Shown here in pieces: positions 53,856 through 64,000 of a DNA stretch of 64,000 nucleotides. Position 1 is the stretch's first letter. Each line of letters starts with the position of its first letter. The notes beneath the pieces were generated by a model. The model saw only the letters and a list, made by a program, of their open reading frames with translations. It ran no database searches and was not told the DNA's origin. Source of the stretch: Proteromonas lacertae (lineage: Eukaryota); assembly GCA_002245135.1 (NCBI GenBank), contig NGBS01000618.1, forward strand, positions 1 to 64,000. Direction: 5' to 3'. The position numbers and the translations under genes were made by a program.

Positions 53856-55264
53856 ATGAGTTTTTCAGATAGATCAAACGACTCACCATTTTCATCGCAA
53901 GGAGATCCATTTGAACATATTTTATCATATTCTGAAGATTATATAGATTTAAAGAAGGTATTCTACTTTAATTTACATCACTGTAGATTTCAAGACTAGT
54001 TTATATGGCAGATAGAAACAATGAGTATTCTAGACATGCTTTTCTAGAAGCACTTAAGTACAGCAACAGCAAGCACATTCCAGCTTTTATTGAAGAAGTA
54101 TAGAAATAATTAATAACAATTATAGCTTAAACAAATCAATGCAAAACATCAATTTCACTTTGATGACATATTAAAGGACACTGTAAAGTCACATAACTTA
54201 AAAATCATTGAAACAACTAGAAAGGTATATTTTCAAGATTATTTGAAATTCATAGCTTGATTTAGAAAACAGAGCAGAATATTTCGCAAACAAACACGAA
54301 TACAACAAAGCAGTCGCATCGTTAGTCCAATCCAGACAATATGGCAACACAGACAAAGATCGAGGATTAACTCAATTAAAGATATGTAGTTTAGTCTCTA
54401 TCTTCGGTGATGGTAAAAGTCTATTAAATCACAGTCAATATAATAAAGGACTATTAGAATTAAAGAATCAAAGTTTAGAAATTTATCATGGTTTGAACGT
54501 ATGTTATGCTTTAAGTAAAATCATCACACCCTGCAAATTAGAAGAATATAAACGAAATTTAAGAGATGCTTCAAGGATATTAAGAGATGTAATATTATCA
54601 AGAAGGTATAAAGAAGAAGTTATGCCGTTTAATCATGTGATTATATATTTTGTAATTTCTTTCATTTGTGGTTCAAGCAGAGATGAATTATTGAGTGAGG
54701 TAGTGAATAATTCAACATTAATGAAGATTATTAAAGAATCATATCCAAATTTGAAAGTATTGTTTAATTCTATTACTCAATGTGATTATAAGTCCTATAG
54801 ATTATCTTGGATTAAAATGAATGTATATATAATGTATATTCATTTTTATACCCAAATTTTACATATTTTTTTTATTTTTTTATCTTTATTATTATTGTAA
54901 TAGAGATTCATTGAAAATGATTATATTCTCAGATTTACGAATGTAGCAATTGTAGGTTTATTCAAGAAAGCATCATTAGAACAGTACTTCAAACCATATG
55001 CTATCATTAAACTATCATTAATGGCAGAAGAATTTGGTGATAATTTAGATAATTTTCAAAAAGAAATGAACAATTTGATAATTACAGGAATTATTGACGG
55101 TGAAATTGATAAAGAGAATCAATATTTATATTTGAAGAAAGTCAAATGTATATATTTATTTACTAATTTTATTTATTTATAAATCTGACTATAGAGCACC
55201 TAGTTCTCATGGTCATTTAGTCCAAAGAAATCTGAGCATTTCGATAGAACATATTAGTAATTGA
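53856..55264 (+). CDS. CSN1: COP9 signalosome subunit 1-like PCI protein (divergent), left copy
   Basis: Spliced translation MSFSDRS...KISRLVYMAD...EALKY...YNKAVASLVQSRQY...SSRDELLSEVVNNS...NDYIL...LEQYFKPYAIIKLSLMAEEFG...LIITGIIDGEIDKENQYLY follows CSN1/GPS1 (Rpn7 family) motif order. The last exon is uncertain. Confidence 0.7.
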
Positions 55265-55467
55265 AACTGATTAATTATATTGTTTTTATTAATATATGTT
55301 TGTATAAATCGGTTATGACCTCTAGTAAGTATTAGTTGACCTCTTTTGTAGTATGTGTTTCTAATCATAAAATCATGTATAAACATATTAAGCTATATAT
55401 ATCATTCAACAAAAGATAAATTAACAGACGGTTGATTATTAACATTTGATTATTATCTCATCTAAAC

Positions 55468-58172
55468 CTGGGTTCGATAAAGGGCGTCCTTTTCGAATTT
55501 TGCCCTATTTTTGCCCCTTTTTTTTCAGCTGAAAAGAAGCCTGCCCCTTACTGCTCGGGCATAGTAATATTACCATGTGTTATGCTGTAGTATATTTTTT
55601 CTGATTTTTTGTTATAACTTTTCCATATTATCATCTAGATATACTAACATATGTTAAAAAGGATATATTATTGTGTATTATAGCATAATAGTCATCTACT
55701 TTTCTTATGATTATATAATATCATATGTTTATGCATATATACTAATTATATAGAATATACATACTGTATATCATATTCTGATATGCATATATATACATTA
55801 TGTACATTTCAAGGTGATTGACGTCACTGAACATAAATGAAATTTATATAATAAATAATTTTGTATATTACACATATATCATATAGATAATTAAGAAGTA
55901 TAGCTATAGAATGGGTATTTTCAGTTAATTGATAATCAATAGTACTTGTTATGATAATAACATAATATATTTCATAAACTAATAGAAAAACTATTTCAAA
56001 ATTACTATTTAGTATATTTTGCATACTACTTAATGTATTTCAAGCAATTATTTCAATACTTAGAAAATGGTTTGAGAATTTCGAGCTATCATTTTGCATT
56101 TCAATTGTATATGGGTAAAACGAGAGATGCTGTGTATAGATACTTTAATGAAGATGTGGTGTTAAAGAAACCCCTTGAAAAATACAACAGAATTCAATGC
56201 AGAAGGTGCAAGGCAATGATTATTGCTCATTGCACTAATTTGAAACGTCATTACAAAAAGTATAAATATATTTATTATATTTATTAAATTAGATGTAGTG
56301 AAAAGCTAATCCAATCAAAACTTACATAATTGAGATATGATGAACGTGCAATAAACTTAATGGTGACCAAATATCTTATAGAAAATAACTTAGCTTTCAG
56401 AACCATACAATCTAAATCCTTTAAAAATCTAATATATACATTAAATCCAACTACAAAGTCAATAACAATAAACAAAATAAAAGCATCAATGAACGAAGAA
56501 GCAGAAAGAATAGTAAAGGAAATTGTAGATAACAGTAAAATATGTATAATTGTGGACGCTTGGAAATCAGTAACCAATGAAAACGTTATTAATTTGGCAA
56601 TAAAGAAAAGCAGTGATATTTCGTTTTTGGAATCCATTTATTTACATAAACGAGAAACATCAGAAAATATAGTGGAATTAATAATTCAAACATTAGTGAA
56701 GTATAAACTAGATATTAAAAACATTGTTGCTGTGAGTAGTGATAACAACTACACCATGAAAAAGATAAGTAGTATTTTAGAGAAAAAAATAAATAGACCT
56801 GTAGTAAAGTTTGGATGTTTAGCACACATCCTAAACTTAATCAGTAAAAAAGTATTCGAAATAGAGAAATACAAAAAAGTGATAGTCATGTGTAATGACA
56901 TTATTCATAAGTTAAATAATAATCAAAAGATTAGAGAAACTATATATTCAATTATACAAAAAAATATCCAAATACGCAAGGGTTGTGATACGAGATGGTC
57001 AAGCTATAGCGATGTATTTAGAAAAATATTACTCAATAAAGAAATTTTATTACAGATAAAATTATTAAAGGAAGAAGATATACAAGAAATTAAAGAATGC
57101 TACAAGATTGCAAAATATATTTCCACAAATATACACTTATTATGCAAAGATTCATCTACATTAAATGATGGTTTCAGAATATTGACCAAAATTAAAAGAA
57201 AGTTAATGAAAAGGTCATCAAGTGAAAAAGAACTTATTAAAGACATTATAAAAAAAGAGACTAGACATGCAAACTACAGCATTTTAGCTCTATATGAATT
57301 TTTAGACATAAACAGTAAACATAAATTTTCAGACATGGAGAAGGATAATATAAAAAGATATATATTATCTAAATTCAGCCCTATTTTAAATCAGAAAGCA
57401 TTAAATGAGATTTATCATTTTGAAAGAAGAAAACCATACTGCAAAAAGTGCCCTTCAGATATATTTTCGAAAAAGATATCAACTAATATATGGTACAATA
57501 TGTATGGAGTTTTTTACCCAAATGTTAAGAAGCTATATGATATTCTTTCAACTATTCCTGTCACAAGCTCATTTATTGAACGTTCATTTAGTATTGAGGG
57601 AATAGTTCATAATCATATTAGAAATAAATTACAGCTTAATACTATAAATAATATTTTAAGAATAAAATATGATTTATTAAAAGAAAAAAACAAAGAAAAA
57701 GATATAAATGAAGATGATAATGATATTAGTGAAGAAGAATATAATTTAGATGTGCTGAATGAAATTGATAACAATATAGTATATGACACTTTAGATTATC
57801 AATGTTCTGGTGATGAAGATGAAAGTTCTGGTAGTTCTAGCGATGAAGGTTTAAGTGATGAAAGTTCTAGTGATGAAGGTTTTAGTGATGAAGGATCTCA
57901 AAGCCCTTACTTTTAAGGCTATTATTATAATGAAATATTATTGTTTGTTATTGTTATAAGATAATAATACATAATTATGAAAAGAATAAATATTTTTATA
58001 GCGTTTAATATCCCTAAAATCGCACAAAATATAAAAATTCAAATAAAATAATTGAAAAGGGCAAATTGTACCCTTTTCTATTTTTAGATAGTATAAAGGA
58101 CGCCCCTTTCAATTTTTGCCCGGGACATGCCCTTGTCCCGCCACTGCCCTGTCCCTTTATTATTCAACCCAG
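55468..58172 (+). mobile_element. hAT DNA transposon, 2705 bp, 8-bp TSD ATCTAAAC
   Basis: ATCTAAAC at 55460-55467 and 58173-58180. Termini CTGGGTT...AACCCAG, with imperfect extension ATAAAGGG/CCCTTTAT. GCCC/GGGC subterminal clusters at both ends. The empty site is visible in the opposite palindrome arm (58662-58669). Confidence 0.95.
56111..57916 (+). CDS. hAT transposase (BED finger + DDE + dimerisation domain) with one in-frame TAA at 56327-56329
   Basis: BED finger YRYF...CRRC...NLKRHYKK|C across intron 56260-56292. Also IVDAWKS, SSDNNYTM, CLAHILNL, TRWSS and PVTSSFIERSFS. Confidence 0.9.
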
Positions 58173-58864
58173 ATCTAAACTGAAACTCAATACTGGATAA
58201 TCCACAATATTCATTGTTATTACACTAATTATTAAACAACTTCCTTGACAATTTGTATTGATTTGAGATACTACATCGTAAGCAGCTGTGCAGCTTATAT
58301 CTTTCATTTTATAACTTCCTTTATATACTAAATTTCTTTCATTTGTTATAAAGGAAGTGATTATCTCATAACTTTTCATTAAGTGGTGATAATTGTAATG
58401 GTAATTTATTATACAGTAATGCGATAACATACAGTTTACTTAGTCGTAACTATCAAAACTTAATGAAAAGTTATGAGATAATCACTTCCTTTATAACAAA
58501 TGAAAGAAATTTAGTATATAAAGGAAGTTATAAAATGAAAGATATAAGCTGCACAGCTGCTTACGATGTAGTATCTCAAATCAATACAAATTGTCAAGGA
58601 AGTTGTTTAATAATTAGTGTAATAACAATGAATATTGTGGATTATCCAGTATTGAGTTTCAGTTTAGATGAGATAATAATCAAATGTTAATAATCAACCG
58701 TCTGTTAATTTATCTTTTGTTGAATGATATATATAGCTTAATATGTTTATACATGATTTTATGATTAGAAACACATACTACAAAAGAGGTCAACTAATAC
58801 TTACTAGAGGTCATAACCGATTTATACAAACATATATTAATAAAAACAATATAATTAATCAGTT

Positions 58865-60273
58865 TCAATTACTAATATGTTCTATCGAAATGCTCAGATT
58901 TCTTTGGACTAAATGACCATGAGAACTAGGTGCTCTATAGTCAGATTTATAAATAAATAAAATTAGTAAATAAATATATACATTTGACTTTCTTCAAATA
59001 TAAATATTGATTCTCTTTATCAATTTCACCGTCAATAATTCCTGTAATTATCAAATTGTTCATTTCTTTTTGAAAATTATCTAAATTATCACCAAATTCT
59101 TCTGCCATTAATGATAGTTTAATGATAGCATATGGTTTGAAGTACTGTTCTAATGATGCTTTCTTGAATAAACCTACAATTGCTACATTCGTAAATCTGA
59201 GAATATAATCATTTTCAATGAATCTCTATTACAATAATAATAAAGATAAAAAAATAAAAAAAATATGTAAAATTTGGGTATAAAAATGAATATACATTAT
59301 ATATACATTCATTTTAATCCAAGATAATCTATAGGACTTATAATCACATTGAGTAATAGAATTAAACAATACTTTCAAATTTGGATATGATTCTTTAATA
59401 ATCTTCATTAATGTTGAATTATTCACTACCTCACTCAATAATTCATCTCTGCTTGAACCACAAATGAAAGAAATTACAAAATATATAATCACATGATTAA
59501 ACGGCATAACTTCTTCTTTATACCTTCTTGATAATATTACATCTCTTAATATCCTTGAAGCATCTCTTAAATTTCGTTTATATTCTTCTAATTTGCAGGG
59601 TGTGATGATTTTACTTAAAGCATAACATACGTTCAAACCATGATAAATTTCTAAACTTTGATTCTTTAATTCTAATAGTCCTTTATTATATTGACTGTGA
59701 TTTAATAGACTTTTACCATCACCGAAGATAGAGACTAAACTACATATCTTTAATTGAGTTAATCCTCGATCTTTGTCTGTGTTGCCATATTGTCTGGATT
59801 GGACTAACGATGCGACTGCTTTGTTGTATTCGTGTTTGTTTGCGAAATATTCTGCTCTGTTTTCTAAATCAAGCTATGAATTTCAAATAATCTTGAAAAT
59901 ATACCTTTCTAGTTGTTTCAATGATTTTTAAGTTATGTGACTTTACAGTGTCCTTTAATATGTCATCAAAGTGAAATTGATGTTTTGCATTGATTTGTTT
60001 AAGCTATAATTGTTATTAATTATTTCTATACTTCTTCAATAAAAGCTGGAATGTGCTTGCTGTTGCTGTACTTAAGTGCTTCTAGAAAAGCATGTCTAGA
60101 ATACTCATTGTTTCTATCTGCCATATAAACTAGTCTTGAAATCTACAGTGATGTAAATTAAAGTAGAATACCTTCTTTAAATCTATATAATCTTCAGAAT
60201 ATGATAAAATATGTTCAAATGGATCTCCTTGCGATGAAAATGGTGAGTCGTTTGATCTATCTGAAAAACTCAT
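58865..60273 (-). CDS. CSN1: COP9 signalosome subunit 1-like PCI protein, mirror copy
   Basis: Reverse complement of 53856-55264 within the palindrome. Confidence 0.7.
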
Positions 60274-61700
60274 TATCAATTTTAAAAAATAATGGATGGC
60301 TCACTTACAATTAAAAAAAGAAAAATAACTCAAGCCACTATAAGAATTCTAATCTATTTTGCAAATAGGACTTATATACTTGACCCAAGCTGGGCTCGTT
60401 GAATTTTGACTTTAACACCATTTTCTTTTCGTTTTTTAATTGTCTTTAAGTTTGAATAAAAAGCCAATACTCTACACATCTATTAATTACATGTTGAAGT
60501 TTGTATTTAGCTATAAATTAAAAATATCAAATTTTAATACTTTTTAGATAGACTTTTAATAGAAATTCCAACTCGACAGAACCAACAATATTTCTAAATT
60601 AAGTAATATTTCATAACTAAATTCGCTTGCTATTAGTAAACTATCAAACACTGGGCAATCACTTTGTACCGAAGACTTATTAGAATTCTCGAATTATTCT
60701 TAAAGATAATATATAAATTGTAAATCTATGTGAGTAAAGCTAAGAAAATATCTCCTTGTATATAAATGACATTTCAAATTTAGAGGATCTATTCTAATTA
60801 GTTGTTATATAGTTATATCTAATGTTTAATTGTATAATTATAAAATTTATATTGCGTTATATGCACTTTCAAAGTAATATAGTAGAAAAAGTGATTAGCA
60901 ACCTATATTACATATAACTTCAGATTGAATATTTATTTATTTGATTCATGATAGAGAAATTAATACATATTCATTAGTATATGAAGAGAAAAATGAGAAA
61001 ATAAAAAAAGTAAAAGAAGTAAAAATACATGTAATTGTCATCTTTTAATGTAATTTTATTATTTGTGTAAAATATTATCATTTTGATTGTAATTAGTTAT
61101 TTTAACTATTTTTGTATATAAACATGCATATATTTGCTAATTGTATAGAATAATATTCATAGTATCATGTGTATATACATTTAATGAAAAAGTAAATGAT
61201 TTATACATTGATGATTAAGAAACAATTATAAAGAAGAAATGTGTGATGAAAATGATGAAATAATTACATTGTTAATATACGAAAGTGATATAAAGAAGTT
61301 CAAAGATGATAATTTAGGAATAAATAGATTAGATAATGTTGAGGAATAAGAAGAGGTATTAGAAAAAGACAAGAAGAGAAGAAGACAGTAAAGAGAAGTA
61401 TTTTAATTGATTGAATTATGCGATGTTGTTATAAGCCATTAGGAGATTTATGCCGTTGGGAGATAAATGGGTTTTATAGAAAATAATATGACAGTAGAGG
61501 GCTAGGTAGTGAGTTATATTCAAATATAATCTTATTTTGGTATATAAGCTACATTTGCGATATATTTTATTTAAAGCTTCTGGAGACAAAAATTCATCAC
61601 CTGAGATGAATAAGATGTGAAAAAAAAGATGTTAAGGTAATTAAAAAAGGAAAAATAAAAATTGAGTTCAAACCTCTTTCAAGCCTATAATTTCAAATTC

Positions 61701-64000
61701 GGGGTATTTTTTTTTGAACAGCTGCTCAAATTTTGAACAGGCTGTTTCTAAAAGCGCCATGAATCTCATATTGAAATTTGTCTGACTATTATTAATTATT
61801 TTAGCTTTTCTGAATTGTGTGTGGTATTTAGACATCATCAATGTTAATCATTAGAAACAATTAGATCGTTCTAGGTATCAGTCTATTATAAATAATATCT
61901 GTACACTGGACCTCCAGTTTTTTCTATTCTAATCTCTCTATTTAGAGAGAATAATAAAAAACAAATAAAATTGACGCAAGCCAGGTTTGAACATTTTTTC
62001 AAATTTTTATATTTTGAGCACCTGCCTCCTATAGGAAGTAAGGGCGCAATATAATAATATATTATGTGTATATGATGATTTTATCAAACATTCATTTAAT
62101 AATATTAATCAAATTTTCATAATCTAGCTATTTCCTTAATTAGTAACAATTGATTCCTAGCAAAATAAAATAATACTAGCTAATAACGCTTGTCTATCAG
62201 TCTATATATTATAAGACCTATTTGTACTATTATTAAACATATTTGTAAATATTGCGAATTATAACAAACAAAACACTAACAAATGTATATTTATTTGTTA
62301 CTCAGTGATAATTTAACAATTTTCTTAAAAACAAATCATTAAAGTAAATTTTGGCAATCTTACATCTATTCGAGTAAGTCAACATATTAGCCATTGGATA
62401 AGTTAAGAATTTAAAATCATCTACTTCTCGTTTTATAATCATGAATTTTGACAATTTGCTTTCTAAAGCATTTCTTATACCTACAACGAAGATATCTCTA
62501 TTGAATTGTAATTGATATACTTCTACTAATCTTTTCATATATTATAAAGCTACTTCTTTTATATTCAATTTACCTCTCATGATTTAGCTTTCAATATCTC
62601 AACTTTTACAACCATTCTTTAAAAATTTTCAGGTGTAAGAAGATCTTTATCATTTGTAATTGTAACCATTTTTATCATTTGTAAGTATAAATATCATAAA
62701 TTACTTCAATTGGTGGAATTCCATTTTCATTTAACTTACTTATTTAGTAATAATCTAATGTCATAGTTTTTTCACCTTCAAACAATTCAATTAACACATC
62801 GGGTTGTTAATTACTGTATGTACTAAATACTTGAGTATTATTAACTAAAATGTTAATAATTCTTTTAATCTACACAATTATTACACCACTAACTTTTATA
62901 ACAACATTTCATTTTATAACAACATTTCATCCAGTTTCTCATCTCTATCAACACTATTGTAAAAGTAACAGATTGTATTCCTGCAGTAAAAGCTAAATCT
63001 ATTTAAATTGAATTATATGCACATATTCTATGCATAAGGTTTCTAACATCATTTTTTGCTTTTGTCTTATTATAAACATTCTAATTTGTATTGTTTAATA
63101 CTCATAATATCTTCAAAATTCAAAAATTGGTTCAAACTTTAGCTTGAAAATCCCATTTATTTTTGTGTTTTTTGGATGATATATGTGGATTATGAAATAT
63201 TTTTTGTATATAATAAATTTATTTACACATCTAGAACAAAATGACAACAATAATTATTTTTAAAAGTAAAGTAGAAGAAAAAATGGTAGTAGAATATCCA
63301 CAGATCCCCCATTGCTTGAACAATTTGAGAAAGCTGGATATAAAGTAGAAGCAGATATATATATAATCCAAATATTATAATGGTTATTGAAATCACAGTT
63401 GATGTTAGTGATTATTTAAAAGAATATTAATATCTTATATTCTGGAGGATGTTTTTCAATTATTTTCAAGTATATATTATCCTAAAAGTTGATTATGATT
63501 GTCTATTATGTAATTAAATTCTTAATTAGAGATGTTTTTATAAAACAACATTAGAGGATAAGAATGTTATATTTTGTAAACAGATAGAATAGTAGAAGAA
63601 TATTGATTGTGTAAATAAACACATAAGCATATATGTCAATTTCAATCAAGTAGTTAAAACATAATATGGCAAATGAAAAGAAATAGAATCTATTGATAAC
63701 AAATATAATTCAATTATAGTTAAATGTACATCTATTGTTAATAAGAAATGCTTTAGAAAGCAAATTATCAAAATTCATGATTATAAAACGAGAAGTAGAT
63801 GATTTTAAATTCTTAACTTATCCAATGGCTAATATGTTGACTTACTCGAATAGATGTAAGATTGCCAAAATTTACTTTAATGATTTGTTTTTAAGAAAAT
63901 TGTTAAATTATCACTGAGTAACAAATAAATATACATTTGTTAGTGTTTTGTTTGTTATAATTCGCAATATTTACAAATATGTTTAATAATAGTACAAATA
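61701..64000. mobile_element. Putative long-TIR (Mutator/foldback-like) non-autonomous element, truncated by the window end
   Basis: Palindrome symmetry stops abruptly at 61700, followed by GGGGTATTT.... Segment 62219-62478 is an inverted copy of 63741-64000 (sum 126219, one mismatch seen) that continues off the window. No transposase is visible. Confidence 0.5.
62458..63011 (-). pseudogene. HSP70: Decayed HSP70 fragment (substrate-binding domain)
   Basis: The minus strand reads TQVFSTYSN*QPDVLIELFEGEK, GIPP.IEVIYDI, VTITNDKDLLTPE, RMVVKVE and RNALES, in HSP70 order, with stops and deletions. Confidence 0.75.

Larger units (their letters stand above)
52429..61700. repeat. Giant palindrome: left arm 52429-55467 + 58181-58384 (split by hAT), spacer 58385-58457, right arm 58458-61700 (3243 bp each)
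   Basis: Reverse-complement identity at every position checked. Constant coordinate sums (114129 outside the hAT, 116842 inside) show no indels. The 135-aa ORFs at 54493 (+) and 59636 (-) are identical. Confidence 0.97.

Noticed and set aside
56327..56329. Stop-codon reassignment (TAA as sense)
   Set aside because: TAA ends conserved genes at the expected place (e.g. IFT80), and long conserved ORFs contain no internal TAA/TAG. Interruptions elsewhere are explained by introns.
52429..61700. One giant transposon with 3-kb TIRs around the hAT transposase (Polinton/foldback-like)
   Set aside because: The hAT has its own short TIRs and 8-bp TSD and sits asymmetrically. Symmetry continues past it to a 73-bp centre, and the arms contain a spliced host gene.
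62302..63917. 78-aa and 60-aa ORFs as real genes
   Set aside because: They are mirror images within the inverted repeat and begin in or next to decayed HSP70 sequence. There is no independent coding evidence.

Overview
Very AT-rich eukaryotic (protist) nuclear DNA. Genes are densely packed and carry many short (~28-35 nt) GT-AG introns in the standard code. TGTTTGTT-type motifs lie downstream of some genes. Together this suggests a Blastocystis/Opalinata-like stramenopile (inference, not proven). Bases 1-45.4 kb hold host genes: the NSF 5' end, RP2-like, a giant ZNFX1-like helicase, a hypothetical gene, an ankyrin protein, a giant SPRY/ZnF/HECT-like protein, another hypothetical gene, intronless IFT80, an LRR protein, KNTC1/Rod and a small hypothetical gene. 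The ZNFX1-like gene has its Cys/His finger tail expanded into 22 near-identical 282-bp intron+exon modules, themselves arranged in a ~2.52-kb higher-order repeat. Bases 45.4-64 kb are a rearranged, transposon-rich zone. It contains a degraded gene region, an uninterrupted CACTA/EnSpm-like transposase ORF, and a giant palindrome (3243-bp arms, 73-bp spacer) duplicating a CSN1-like gene tail-to-tail. A hAT element with an 8-bp TSD sits in one arm only, and a long-inverted-repeat element carrying decayed HSP70 sequence abuts the other arm. All homology calls come from my recognition of motifs, with no database searches. Exon boundaries were read by eye.
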